NCBI GenBank assembly: GCA_016930055.1
Contig: JAFGHP010000004.1
Location: 1,857-65,856, forward strand
Reading direction: 5' to 3'
Source: Candidatus Bathyarchaeota archaeon
GTDB lineage: Archaea; Thermoproteota; Bathyarchaeia; TCS64
DNA: 64,000 nt
A program made the translations under genes and the position numbers. The notes under the pieces were generated by a model. The model did not search any database and was not told the DNA's origin. It saw only the letters and a list, made by a program, of their open reading frames with translations. This document shows positions 1 through 9,951 of this stretch, in pieces; the first letter of the stretch is position 1, and each line of letters opens with the position of its first letter.

Positions 1-244
1 TCCAAAAGAGAGAAGAGGAAGACTATACAGCCTTCTTGGTGAACGAGGAGTAATGATAAGTTTCGGTAATTTTTGGGGAGGTGGTTTCCTTCTCTTCCCA
101 GCTGCAGCTCTAGGATCATATATTGGAGGCGTTATCTATAGTATAAGTGTCGATGCTTTATGGATAATAATGCCAATAGCTTTTCTAATCACTAGCATAC
201 TTGCATATATATTTATTAAAGAACCAGAGACGGCTCATCTTTAA
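1..244 (+). CDS. MFS-type transporter, C-terminal fragment (gene begins upstream of the window)
   Basis: The frame is open from base 2. The translated tail (PKERRGRLYSLLG...GGFLLFPAAALGSYIGGVIY...) contains hydrophobic helices like the C-terminal halves of the other MFS genes here. Stop TAA at 242-244. Confidence 0.5.
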   Translation, partial: PKERRGRLYSLLGERGVMISFGNFWGGGFLLFPAAALGSYIGGVIYSISVDALWIIMPIAFLITSILAYIFIKEPETAHL

Positions 245-450
245 CAAAATATTTTAATTATTAAAGTTTTTTATTTATATGAAAATGAAATCTTCATTAA
301 TTTTAATTATTCTTTTAGAAGGTTGTAAAATATTTGTTTAAAATAATTATAAACTAGAATTTTTTATAATTTTTATACCAAAATACTTTCTTCCAATGAA
401 AATTGTTAAAAATATTTTATTGTAATATTTATGGATCAGTGATTTCAATT

Positions 451-2844
451 ATGGATGAAAAAATTGAAGAAAAGCCTGAAAAAAAAGAACTGAAAGAACC
501 CAAAACTATTGTTGAGAAAACAGAAAAAATGGAGAAGCATGAAGGTTTCTTCAACTATTACTGGGATGAAAAAGAAGGAAAAATTTGGCTCGAAGTGGAT
601 AAACTAGAATACGAATTTCTTTACTGGAATGCTCTAAGAGCAGGGCTAGGAAGTAATGATGTTGGTTTAGATAGAAATAATCCTGGTAGAGGTAAAATTG
701 TCAAGTTCCAAAGAATAGGTCCAAAAATTTTGATGGTGATGCCTAATCCTGATTACTATGCTGATAGTGATAACGAAGCTGAACGTAAAGCAGTAGAAGA
801 TGCCTTCGCGTCTGGAATATTATGGGCTTTCAAGATCGAAGCAGAGGAAGAAGGGAAAAGTCTAGTCAACTTAACAGACTTCATCCTCAGCGATCAAAAA
901 GACATTATAAGCACATTCAAAAGCAGAAATCAGGGTGACTACGAATTAGATTTAAACAGATCTGCAATATACCTTGAAAACACTAAAAACTTCCCTAAAA
1001 ACACAGTTTTTGAAGCTATTCAAACTTATAAATGTAAAAATCCTGGTGAATATGTTAGGTCCGTAGCAATAGATCCTAAATCAGTTACTTTGAGGACACA
1101 CCACAGTTTTATTGAGTTGCCTGATAAAAACTTCAAACCAAGAGTATGGGATCCTAGATCAATGTTTAGTGCAAGAACATTTTACGATTATCATACACCT
1201 TTCGATAAAGACCTGAAAAAAAGATACATTACACGCCATAGACTAAAGAAAAAGAATCCTTACGAAGAATTAGGTGATCCTGTGAAACCCATTGTCTATT
1301 ACATAGATAATGCAGTGCCTGAACCTATTAAAAGCGCTCTTGTTGAAGGGGCTAGCTGGTGGAATCAAGCATTTGAAGCTGCAGGTTATAAAAATGCTTT
1401 CAAAGCAGAAGTTTTACCAGAAGGAGCTGATCCCCTTGATATCCGTTATAACATAATCAATTGGGTTCACCGAAGTAGCAGAGGCTGGAGTTATGGTATG
1501 GGTGTATCGGACCCAAGAACTGGAGAGATAATTAAAGGGCAAGTCGCTCTTGGTAGCTTAAGAATTAGGCAAGATTTTATGATAGCAACAGGCTTAATAG
1601 GAGCATATATTGATGGTACTGAAACTAAACCAATGACTGAAATGGCTCTTGCCCGTATTAGACAGTTGAGTACCCATGAAATTGGCCACACTTTGGGTGT
1701 GGGTCATAACTATGCTAGTCATGTAAATGGTAGAAGCTCCGTTATGGATTATCCTGCAATGCTAGTAAACATTAATGATAATGGAGAACTAGACCTAACC
1801 GATGCATATGCTAAGGGTGTAGGTGAATGGGATAAAGTCTACATCAACTTTGGTTATAGAGACTACCCTGAAGGCGTAGATGAAGTAGTCGAAGGTAGAA
1901 AAATCCTTGATAAAGCATTTAAAAATGGTCTTCTATATGTGCCTGGTCAAGATTCAGGACCAGGTGGCGCTCAGCCATTTTGTGCTCCATGGGTAAATGG
2001 GGTAGATCCAGTTGAAGAACTTGAAAGAATCATCAAAGTAAGAGAAATCGCATTAATCAATTTTGATGAACGTAGGATTAAGCCTCATGAACCAATGGCT
2101 CTTTTAGAAGACGTGCTTGTACCAATTTACCTTTTCCACAGATACCAAACAGAAGTTGCATGTAGTAAAATTGGTGGTTTATATTACTACCATACAATTA
2201 GAGGGGATCCACAACCTGATCCTAAGATTGTTTCAGGAGAAGAACAAAGAGAAGCTATCAAAAAAATACTGTTAACCGTTTCACCAGCCTTTTTATCAAT
2301 GCCCCCTAAAATACTTGAGAAACTTCCACCAAGACTTTCCAACTTTGGTCAAGGAAGAGACCAATTCCCAGGAAGAACAGGATATGTTTTCGATGCAATA
2401 GGAGCAGCCGAAACAGCAGCAGATATGACTATTAGCAGGTTGTTGAATCCTGACAGAGCTACAAGACTAGTTGAATATCATTCAAGGGAACCAAGTACAC
2501 CAGGATTATCAGAAGTTATAGATGAACTCATACAGTTTACATGGAAAAAAACTTATGAAAATGAATATCATGCAGAATTAGGTAGAATGACTGGAAGCGT
2601 TGCAGTATATAACCTCATGAAACTTGCTTCAAATCCAGAAGCATCAGCAGCTGTACGCTCTGTAACTTACCTTAAGTTAGATGAATTAAAAGAATGGTGT
2701 AAAGAACAGATTCCTTCAGCAAAAAATACTGAATATAAAGCACACTATATGTGGGCAACAGATTTAATCAAATTATTTAAAGAGAACCCACCTGCAGTTA
2801 AGCTAACTCAGCCCCTTGAAACACCTCAAGGTCCACCTATCTAA
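451..2844 (+). CDS. Zinc-dependent metalloprotease (metzincin-like HEXXHXXGXXH; DUF4953/DUF5117-type large peptidase)
   Basis: 797-aa ORF from ATG 451; the ORF track extends to TTG 403. Zinc motif THEIGHTLGVGHNY is encoded around 1671-1710, followed by SSVMDYP. No N-terminal signal peptide is obvious. Confidence 0.8.
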   Translation: MDEKIEEKPEKKELKEPKTIVEKTEKMEKHEGFFNYYWDEKEGKIWLEVDKLEYEFLYWNALRAGLGSNDVGLDRNNPGRGKIVKFQRIGPKILMVMPNPDYYADSDNEAERKAVEDAFASGILWAFKIEAEEEGKSLVNLTDFILSDQKDIISTFKSRNQGDYELDLNRSAIYLENTKNFPKNTVFEAIQTYKCKNPGEYVRSVAIDPKSVTLRTHHSFIELPDKNFKPRVWDPRSMFSARTFYDYHTPFDKDLKKRYITRHRLKKKNPYEELGDPVKPIVYYIDNAVPEPIKSALVEGASWWNQAFEAAGYKNAFKAEVLPEGADPLDIRYNIINWVHRSSRGWSYGMGVSDPRTGEIIKGQVALGSLRIRQDFMIATGLIGAYIDGTETKPMTEMALARIRQLSTHEIGHTLGVGHNYASHVNGRSSVMDYPAMLVNINDNGELDLTDAYAKGVGEWDKVYINFGYRDYPEGVDEVVEGRKILDKAFKNGLLYVPGQDSGPGGAQPFCAPWVNGVDPVEELERIIKVREIALINFDERRIKPHEPMALLEDVLVPIYLFHRYQTEVACSKIGGLYYYHTIRGDPQPDPKIVSGEEQREAIKKILLTVSPAFLSMPPKILEKLPPRLSNFGQGRDQFPGRTGYVFDAIGAAETAADMTISRLLNPDRATRLVEYHSREPSTPGLSEVIDELIQFTWKKTYENEYHAELGRMTGSVAVYNLMKLASNPEASAAVRSVTYLKLDELKEWCKEQIPSAKNTEYKAHYMWATDLIKLFKENPPAVKLTQPLETPQGPPI

Positions 2845-2852
2845 TTTTTTTT
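2845..2852 (+). terminator. Oligo-T tract (T8) directly after the metalloprotease stop; candidate archaeal intrinsic terminator
   Basis: The stop is followed by taaTTTTTTTTaaaaa. Archaeal RNAP terminates at oligo-T runs. Confidence 0.35.
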
Positions 2853-2883
2853 AAAAATAAATTTTACTAAGGTTTGAAGTAAA

Positions 2884-3153
2884 ATGGTTAAAAATCTAAG
2901 AATAACAGTCAAAGAAATCAAAGGTCACTGCGATATTATGCAAGTAGGCGACTATTTTGAAGTCCATGGCAGCCAATTAAGTATACCTAAAAGCAAATAC
3001 TTCTGTTATTGGGCTATTCAAAGCATTCTACCAATGATTCCTGCAAAACAAAGAATCCTAAAAGAAGATGGTGACTGGATGCCTACAACTTGGGAAATCG
3101 AATGCCCCGATCCTGCAGGGCAAGTAATACTAAAAATAGAGGAAATAAACTAA
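2884..3153 (+). CDS. Small conserved protein, TIGR04076-like
   Basis: 89 aa. The pattern ITVKEIKGHCD...GDYFEV...FCYWAIQSILP...ECPDP resembles the TIGR04076 family as I remember it. Not verified. Confidence 0.45.
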   Translation: MVKNLRITVKEIKGHCDIMQVGDYFEVHGSQLSIPKSKYFCYWAIQSILPMIPAKQRILKEDGDWMPTTWEIECPDPAGQVILKIEEIN

Positions 3154-3161
3154 ATACCCTC

Positions 3162-3168
3162 TTTTTTT
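3162..3168 (+). terminator. Oligo-T tract (T7) after the 2884..3153 gene
   Basis: Sequence taaataccctcTTTTTTTaaaaaaa. Confidence 0.3.
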
Positions 3169-3323
3169 AAAAAAATGAATTATCTTGAATTATAATAGAG
3201 TATCATTGTTTTTAATTTAATAAATTAACTTAAAAAATAATTAATTTAAATAAACGGTTTTTAATCGTAAAACCCTTACAAATCATTTATTAAATATGAA
3301 TTATTAAAATTTTTAGATTATAT

Positions 3324-3608
3324 ATGGAAAAATATTCTGGAATTTTCATGAATTATAGAATTGGTAGGAAAATGCAGTATCCTAAAAAAGGAATAATTAA
3401 GGTATTAAACTGGGACTTTAAAGAAACTGATAACTTAGTTGGTTGGTGGATAGGTTGGCCTGAGAAAAATCCAAAATTATTTGGGCGTATAATTAGTCAC
3501 CATGGTAAAAAACGGCATCTTCTAGTAAATTTTAAAAAGGGATTACCTGGCCAAGCTATTGGTACAAAAATAATTATAGCTAAAAACAAGTCTGACATTC
3601 AAACTTAA
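3324..3608 (+). CDS. rpl35ae: 50S ribosomal protein L35Ae (eL33)
   Basis: 94 aa. YRIGRKMQYP...LVGWWIGW...GRIISHHGKKRHLLVNFKKGLPGQAIGTKIII matches the archaeal L35Ae signature (HG..G.vrA.F..gLPGqAlG). Confidence 0.8.
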   Translation: MEKYSGIFMNYRIGRKMQYPKKGIIKVLNWDFKETDNLVGWWIGWPEKNPKLFGRIISHHGKKRHLLVNFKKGLPGQAIGTKIIIAKNKSDIQT

Positions 3609-3690
3609 TTTTTAAACAATTCATTTAAGAAATTTTTTATTAGAAACTTTTTCATTACTCAATTACTTTAAACTAATTTGTGGTAAAATC

Positions 3691-4437
3691 ATGGTAAATT
3701 ATGGCCCCGCATCAAAATATTATGATCTTTTTGGATATAAAGACGATATAAAATTTTTTCGTGAATTAGCTTTAGAACACGGAAAAAAAGCATTAGAACT
3801 TGGAGTAGGAACTGCGAGAGTAGCTATTGAACTAGCTAAAGCAGGAATAGAAGTATGGGGCATTGACAATTCTACATATATGCTGAATATTGCTAGAAAT
3901 AAATTATTAAACGAAAAAATGGATGAAAAACAAGTTAACTTAATTTTAGGAGACATGCGAAATTTTAAAACTGAAAGATTTTTTCCCTTTGTTTATCTTT
4001 CATCATCTACTTTTGAACATTGTATTACTGAAGAGGAACAGCGTAGATGTTTAACCTGTATTTACAAAGTGCTTACCAACGATGGGATATTAGCTTTTGA
4101 CATCTCAAACCCAAACCGAGATTTTACTAGTACTTGGTATATCGACCATAAAGAAATTGGAAATGAAGAGGTTGTTAGAACAATATTTTCAAAACTAAAT
4201 CACGAAACAAACACTGTTTTCGTTAACCTATTTTTTGATGTCTATAAAGAAGGCAAGTTAACAGAGAGATTCTATGAATCAAGTGAAGCAAAACTAACTA
4301 CTAAAAAAGAATTGGAAAAAATATTGAGCGAACAAGGCTTTACTATTAAAGAAATTTATGGTGACTTTAATAAAACACCATTTAATGAAAAGAGTAAGCA
4401 AATAATAATTGTGTGCTCAAAAATATTGATCTTTTAA
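3691..4437 (+). CDS. Class I SAM-dependent methyltransferase
   Basis: Motif I ALELGVGTARVAIELAKAGIEVWGIDNS and motif II LILGDM are present. Confidence 0.8.
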   Translation: MVNYGPASKYYDLFGYKDDIKFFRELALEHGKKALELGVGTARVAIELAKAGIEVWGIDNSTYMLNIARNKLLNEKMDEKQVNLILGDMRNFKTERFFPFVYLSSSTFEHCITEEEQRRCLTCIYKVLTNDGILAFDISNPNRDFTSTWYIDHKEIGNEEVVRTIFSKLNHETNTVFVNLFFDVYKEGKLTERFYESSEAKLTTKKELEKILSEQGFTIKEIYGDFNKTPFNEKSKQIIIVCSKILIF

Positions 4438-4491
4438 TTTTCCATATATTTTTTAGATAAACTGCAACAAGTAAACTATTGAGGAAAAAGA

Positions 4492-5307
4492 ATGCGACCA
4501 TCCTGGTTTATTTCATTACTGAAAAAAAATTTTCGTTACCGTTTCATACTAGCTAAAGCATCCAGAATACCCGGTATAGGTGCATTAATGTCAAAGATGC
4601 TTTTCGAAAATGACGATTTAATTTATCTACCTAAAAACTCAGTTGTTGAATTAACATTAAACCAAAACATTCCTTTCCCAGATACTGTTCCTTTGCCGTC
4701 AAAAATTATTCATGAATTAATAGATCAAGCAAATTTTCATTGGATAATGGATTTCTGTATTTGCAGAGAATCAAATAAATGTAAAGACTATCCTCGAGAC
4801 CTAGGTTGTTTATTCATGGGAGAAGCTGCAAAAAACATTGATCCCAAATTAGGTCATCCCGCAACAAAAGAAGAAGCCCACAAACACATTATTAGAGCCG
4901 AAGAAGTTGGATTAATCCACGTAATTGGAAGAAACAAACTTGACACAGTTTGGTTGGATGTTTATCCCAGTAACAAATTATTAACTGTATGTAATTGTTG
5001 CCCATGTTGTTGTTTATGGAAGATGCTCCCAAACCTGAATGAGAATATAAGCAGAAAAATAACTAAAATGGAAGGCATTGAAATCATAATTAGCCATGAC
5101 TGTATAGGGTGCGGAAAATGTAAAGATGTTTGTTTTGTAAATGCTATCGACATTGTGAATGGAAAAGCCATTATAAATGATCAATGTCGTGGATGTGGTC
5201 GTTGTGTAGAAGTATGTCCTAACAACGCAATAGCTATTACTCCACCAACCAGAGCAGCAATTGAAGATACTCTTCAAAGGGTAAGACAAAACATTGATTT
5301 AAATTAA
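4492..5307 (+). CDS. 4Fe-4S dicluster (ferredoxin-type) domain protein with a Cys-rich middle region
   Basis: Two CxxCxxCxxxCP motifs (CIGCGKCKDVC and CRGCGRCVEVCP), plus CNCCPCCC upstream. Confidence 0.7.
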   Translation: MRPSWFISLLKKNFRYRFILAKASRIPGIGALMSKMLFENDDLIYLPKNSVVELTLNQNIPFPDTVPLPSKIIHELIDQANFHWIMDFCICRESNKCKDYPRDLGCLFMGEAAKNIDPKLGHPATKEEAHKHIIRAEEVGLIHVIGRNKLDTVWLDVYPSNKLLTVCNCCPCCCLWKMLPNLNENISRKITKMEGIEIIISHDCIGCGKCKDVCFVNAIDIVNGKAIINDQCRGCGRCVEVCPNNAIAITPPTRAAIEDTLQRVRQNIDLN

Positions 5308-5348
5308 GTTAATCTAAACTATCTGTTTTAAAAATAAGTAACTTTATA

Positions 5349-5508
5349 TCAAAACTTGGTTAGTTCTTGCTTGCTACCACAACAACTACAAACAATATAA
5401 CCATGTTTTAGTTTTCCTTCAATAAACTCTCTGCATTCTTTTTTATCTAAAAAAAAGAGGCCTATCACAAGAATTACATTTATTAGTTAATGTTTTAGGA
5501 TCAGACAC
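5349..5508 (-). pseudogene. Frameshifted small zinc-ribbon/TRASH-like ORF (CNSC...CSCC), split at a T8 run
   Basis: The GTG-initiated frame VSDPKTLTNKCNSCDRPLFFR stops just after a T8 homopolymer. The +1 frame continues as KKECREFIEGKLKHGYIVCSCCGSKQELTKF*. Removing one T gives an intact 52-aa CxxC...CxxC protein. Confidence 0.25.
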
Positions 5509-5606
5509 ATTTATCCTTTTAAAATAAAATTTAAGCTTAAAACCTTTTTAATTACATTAATTAGAAATTTTTAATTTACTAAATTATTAATAAAAAATAA
5601 AAATAG

Positions 5607-6011
5607 TTATTTTTTTGATTGAAGCAATGTAAAAAGCAAGAATGATTGAGTTAGATCCAGTAAACTCATAATAATATATGCTGTATCAGAGAAAACAGGG
5701 ATCCAAGGCACAATATGGAGAAAGTGTGCTACACAACCAGCTGCTTCAGCAACACCGAATATTAATAATAAATATTTATTTTCTGTAAATATTGTAACTA
5801 TTAAACCTAATCCTACACCAACCAATAATATTGCTGATAAGTTTGGACCCCACATCGAGTTTTGTAAACCAAACAAGGGACTGATAAGATAGCAGCAAGA
5901 ATAAGATATTGTAAAAGCTCTCGCAAGTCCATGTAATGAGTTATCAATTTGTTTAAATTGATTTATTTTTTCAACCTCCATCTTATAATTATTTTTTAGA
6001 GATTTAGCCAA
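5607..6011 (-). CDS. Hypothetical integral membrane protein (about 4 TM)
   Basis: 134-aa ORF with hydrophobic helices. No family recognised. Confidence 0.5.
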   Translation of the reverse strand: MAKSLKNNYKMEVEKINQFKQIDNSLHGLARAFTISYSCCYLISPLFGLQNSMWGPNLSAILLVGVGLGLIVTIFTENKYLLLIFGVAEAAGCVAHFLHIVPWIPVFSDTAYIIMSLLDLTQSFLLFTLLQSKK

Positions 6012-6152
6012 ATATACATATCACCATTATGATTTAGAATAATGATTGTTAGAATCCTTAAAAATAAAATGGATTTCTAATCTATATATACTCATTTTTA
6101 TTTGAGTTAATTTATTTAAAAAATATTATATAAATATAATAAATTAAAAGAA

Positions 6153-7094
6153 TTAAATATTTTTAAGAACATTGATTATTTCTAAAGTTCCCATATCAGC
6201 AGAGTTGAATAAATTATTAAATAATGTAATAAATCTCTGTGATACGTTTTTATCTTCTAAGAAGAAAGCTATTGTGAATTCTCCATCAATAATATTTGGT
6301 AATTCAAAGAAGCATTTTTCTTCGTCAAGAATTAAAAAGCTAAATGGGAATTCTGCTTCTCTATAAAAATTAGCTAAATCAGGGTTTTTTCTCATGTTAT
6401 CAAGAAGTTTTAGAACAGATTGTGGTGCAAGTAGCATTCGTAGTTTAGTAATTTTCTTGGACATAGTTTTTTTAGACATCATTACTTTACTAGGGATGCC
6501 TTTATTCATTGCTTCTACAGTCTTATCACTTACTATAGGGTCAAAGTAAGTTGAAGCAAAGAACATATTTTTATTAACTAACTCAATCTCATCGCATATT
6601 CTTTTTACAAGTTCATCATAAGTTGAAAGCCGCTCCATTTTAGAATGTGTTGGACCATTAATTATTGGAGCAATTACTTGACCTACTTCGAAGTTTTCAA
6701 GTAAAAAATTATTCACTTTATTTTTCTCATCAGAAGATAGTACTGCTGAACCCGAAAGATTCATTATTAATTCGATTTTTTCTTTGTTCTTCATTATTTC
6801 TATTAGAGTTAAACCCATTTTCGCTACTACTTCACCAAGAGGAGTATAGTTGTAGCCTTCATCATTTTTCACTACTAACCCGCAATCAAGGAGTTCTTTG
6901 AGTCTAGAATAATATCTTTTAGGAGTTAGATTAAGCTCTTTAATAGCAACTGTAGAGTTGGGTATACCTTTTTCTGCATACATGAAGATTCTTAAGGCAT
7001 CAATATTTGAAAAGACCGTAAATAAATCAGCACAATCACAAATAAAATTGTAATCGATATCGCTAAAGGACTTGGAAAGATTCGATTCAACCAT
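6153..7094 (-). CDS. Winged-helix (ArsR/TrmB-like) transcriptional regulator with a large C-terminal domain
   Basis: N-terminal wHTH segment: ALRIFMYAEKGIPNSTVAIKELNLTPKRYYSRLKELLDCGLVVKNDEGYNYTPLG. Confidence 0.55.
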   Translation of the reverse strand: MVESNLSKSFSDIDYNFICDCADLFTVFSNIDALRIFMYAEKGIPNSTVAIKELNLTPKRYYSRLKELLDCGLVVKNDEGYNYTPLGEVVAKMGLTLIEIMKNKEKIELIMNLSGSAVLSSDEKNKVNNFLLENFEVGQVIAPIINGPTHSKMERLSTYDELVKRICDEIELVNKNMFFASTYFDPIVSDKTVEAMNKGIPSKVMMSKKTMSKKITKLRMLLAPQSVLKLLDNMRKNPDLANFYREAEFPFSFLILDEEKCFFELPNIIDGEFTIAFFLEDKNVSQRFITLFNNLFNSADMGTLEIINVLKNI

Positions 7095-7314
7095 AGTATC
7101 ACGTATGCTAGAAATAACATAGTTATGGTTTTTATAACCTTAATAATTTTAAGAATCTATATCCCTAAAATAGATTTAAAACATATAATAAATTTAACTA
7201 AACTTACATAACTTTTTAATAATATGTATAAAAAACTATTTAAAATAAATAACTGAATTAAGATTCTAGTTTTCTGTTCCATAAATTCCTTTAATATGTA
7301 GGATACTTGAAAAT

Positions 7315-7551
7315 TTGGTATATATGGGCAAAAAACATGGTATGATAAATAAAGCACCACTGAATGTATGCCAATTTTGTGGAGGTAACCTAAAACACAA
7401 AAAAATGTTAGGTGTTGATACTTATGTTTGTAGGGATTGTGGAGAGATATTTGATGTTGATGATCTTGGTTTAGTTTCAAGAGATTCAGAAAATAAAGAA
7501 TCTACAATTCTTCAAATGGAGTGGTTAATTCAAAAGATTTCAAAAGTTTAA
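7315..7551 (+). CDS. Small zinc-ribbon protein
   Basis: CQFCGG...(17 aa)...CRDCGE. The overlapping antisense ORF 7157..7480 has low-complexity composition and looks spurious. Confidence 0.4.
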   Translation: MVYMGKKHGMINKAPLNVCQFCGGNLKHKKMLGVDTYVCRDCGEIFDVDDLGLVSRDSENKESTILQMEWLIQKISKV

Positions 7552-7581
7552 ATAAAAAAATTATTTACTAGTTATTAAATT

Positions 7582-8637
7582 TTAAAGATTTAAAACTTCA
7601 ATTGTTCTAACTGTTTCTATTATTGAAGGATCTTTACCGTATAACATAGCTAAATAATAACTTAGGAAGTCACCAATATATAATATAGAGAGCAGTCGTG
7701 ATAATCGACCTCGACCCAGCGAATCAATTTCGACAACTTTACCTAATCTTTCTTTAGCTAATATTTTTATTGCATCAAGTTTGTCTGCGTAGAATTTTTC
7801 TTGTAAATAATCCCTTATAATAATCAAACCAATTCTCTTAAGATTATCATTGCTAGACTCCATAAGCATTATACCATTATGAAATACTTCAGGAAAGAAA
7901 CCAGAAGAAGACAAGATTTTTGAATTAATGTTAAACGCATCACTAATTCTATTTAACACATTTTTATGTAGAGGAGGTCCATAAATAATAGGAACATAAC
8001 CTTCAAGTTCAACTGCTAGTTTCTTAATAAAATTATTTTTTATCTCTTTAGTAGCTTCGCATCGAATGTCCTCAATTATTTTTATTGCCTCATCAATTTC
8101 CCATAAATTTTCTTTAACTAAACCAAGTTTTTTAAAAATAATTGCTAAAGCAAAAAGTTGGTATGGTAAACTGGTTTTAGAATTATTTCCTTCAGGTAAT
8201 TTAAGATTTGGATAACCATAATTTTTCGATAATTTTGTTAATTCTCCACCTGAAGAAATTACAATTGCTTTACATTGACGATTAACAGCTTCTTTGAATG
8301 CATTAAGCGTTTCTAGAGTCTCACCAGTATAACTAATTGCTATAACGAGGCAAGTATCATCAACAAAAAGAGGGAGTTCACTGCTCCTACAAATAAAAAT
8401 TGGTAAATGTGATTCATTTAGAAGCCAATCTCTTATAATTAACCCAGTAACTGCTGATTCATCTGAACCAAGGATGATTACTGAGTTAAAAGCCAGTTCT
8501 TTTAGATATTTGATTTGTAAAGATTCTCCAAGACTTAATCCCTCTGAACACTCATCAGGATATATTGAAAGTTTTCTGTAATACCCTTCTTTATCTAGTG
8601 ATTCGCGCCATTCAACCTCATCTAGAATGTGAACCAT
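7582..8637 (-). CDS. Bifunctional phosphoglucose/phosphomannose isomerase (SIS domain)
   Basis: 351 aa. SIS motif VIAISYTGETLETLNAFKEAV...AIVISSGGEL, with the C-terminal PGI/PMI-type domain. Confidence 0.75.
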   Translation of the reverse strand: MVHILDEVEWRESLDKEGYYRKLSIYPDECSEGLSLGESLQIKYLKELAFNSVIILGSDESAVTGLIIRDWLLNESHLPIFICRSSELPLFVDDTCLVIAISYTGETLETLNAFKEAVNRQCKAIVISSGGELTKLSKNYGYPNLKLPEGNNSKTSLPYQLFALAIIFKKLGLVKENLWEIDEAIKIIEDIRCEATKEIKNNFIKKLAVELEGYVPIIYGPPLHKNVLNRISDAFNINSKILSSSGFFPEVFHNGIMLMESSNDNLKRIGLIIIRDYLQEKFYADKLDAIKILAKERLGKVVEIDSLGRGRLSRLLSILYIGDFLSYYLAMLYGKDPSIIETVRTIEVLNL

Positions 8638-8855
8638 ATCTCAATGAATTATTATTAGTAAATAAAAGAATAGCAAACATAATGATATATATAAATATAA
8701 TATATTTATAAGAGCTTTTTTAAAATAAATTATATTAATCTATAAAAAATTTATAAAAAAGCACACTGTTTAATAAATCTAAAAAAAGTTTAACAAAACT
8801 GAATTTAATAAAATTGATGTGCTTAAAACAAGCCATGCAATCTTTCTAAAGTTCA

Positions 8856-9116
8856 TTAATCTCTCACTTCAAGAGCTGACATGTTAAGGGGTACAACAAG
8901 GTCCTTGTATTGTTCAACAAATTGCAAACCTTTTCTTGTTGTGAAAAACTTTCCCTCAATTTTTTCTTCAAGTAATCCATTCTCTATTAAGTTTTTCATA
9001 TATCGTTTTATTATTTCAAAATTTAGATTAGCTCTGTATACCAACCGCGTTTTATTTGCTCCAGTTTCAGCTGCTTGAAGAATATCAACATAGACATCTA
9101 AACTTGTTCTTCTCAT
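8856..9116 (-). CDS. Small winged-helix DNA-binding protein (HTH_45-like), paralog 1
   Basis: MRRTSLDVYVDILQAAETGANKTRLVYRANLNFEIIKRYMKNLIENGLL. Clear paralog of 14897..15145. Confidence 0.7.
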   Translation of the reverse strand: MRRTSLDVYVDILQAAETGANKTRLVYRANLNFEIIKRYMKNLIENGLLEEKIEGKFFTTRKGLQFVEQYKDLVVPLNMSALEVRD

Positions 9117-9152
9117 GATTTAACCTCTTTTACAGATTATTCAGATACAATG

Positions 9153-9180
9153 TTTAGATAAAAGACTACTCTAGCGTTTT
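9153..9180 (-). promoter_or_regulatory. Conserved upstream element (AAAACGCTAGAGTA-N6-TATCTAAA on the coding strand), copy 1; likely operator plus TATA-like box
   Basis: 25 of 28 nt are identical to 15427..15454. It ends 36 nt upstream of the ATG at 9116. A partial third copy (tagatataattatcct) lies at 9181-9196. Confidence 0.4.
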
Positions 9181-9356
9181 TAGATATAATTATCCTATAT
9201 TTAGTTAAATAAGATGATTTTATCCGTTATTGGATATTAATAGCATAAAATGGGAAACCAAATAAAAAATAGAAAGATATTATTACGAAACATTGCTACT
9301 TCCTTAAAATACATAACTTAATTATATTTCCTATTTTTAATTAAAAACTCATTTGT

Positions 9357-9842
9357 TTAAATAATCTGATTTGGTGATTTTAATCCTACAATTTCTGTTA
9401 TGTTAGAAAGTTTTACTATTAATAATGGTTTTTCTGATGTAAAATAATTCCAGCCTTCTTTAGGATTTATTCCATGTACTGAGAGAAATGCTGGTGATAA
9501 TTTTTGTCGACCATTTTCTCTAATTTTATTTATAGCTTTTTCCCGTTCTTTTTTGTCATTAACAAAATCTAGTGTACCTTTCAAACTGATAAATTGGTAA
9601 CTCCTTAAGACATCATCTAATCTCTCTATTTCAACACAGACTTTTGGGTTTTGTTTAAGGAATTTTATTTTTCGACCATAATTCGTGAAATGGAAATAAA
9701 CACCACCATCGACATAAACATACTGGAATGGTATAATGTATGGGTGTTCTTGATCAAAGAAAGCAATTCTACAAATATCGCCATAAATTAGAAGATTCTC
9801 AATTTCTTCGTGAGTCATATTTGGTAGTTTAAAAGGTTCCAT
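9357..9842 (-). CDS. Pyridoxamine 5'-phosphate oxidase family (FMN-binding split barrel) protein
   Basis: MTHEEIENLL...CRIAFFDQEHPYIIPFQYVYVDGGVYFHF..YGRKIKFLKQNPKVCVEIE matches the family pattern. Confidence 0.8.
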   Translation of the reverse strand: MEPFKLPNMTHEEIENLLIYGDICRIAFFDQEHPYIIPFQYVYVDGGVYFHFTNYGRKIKFLKQNPKVCVEIERLDDVLRSYQFISLKGTLDFVNDKKEREKAINKIRENGRQKLSPAFLSVHGINPKEGWNYFTSEKPLLIVKLSNITEIVGLKSPNQII

Positions 9843-9951
9843 AAATTATTCAAATAAAAGTATGCTATTAAATCATCCTAATTTCAATAATTAAATAAAA
9901 GAATTAGTTAACTTCTAAATATTTATTCTTTTAATTATTAATTGACAAAAA

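Noticed and set aside
403-450. TTG-initiated 16-codon extension of the metalloprotease
   Set aside because: The extension (LKIFYCNIYGSVISI) is neither signal-peptide-like nor conserved-looking. The ATG at 451 begins a typical charged N-terminus. Kept only as an alternative start.
7157-7480. 107-aa minus-strand ORF in the spacer upstream of the wHTH regulator
   Set aside because: It has low-complexity, AT-driven composition (Leu/Ile/Tyr/His runs) and overlaps the more plausible zinc-ribbon ORF on the + strand.
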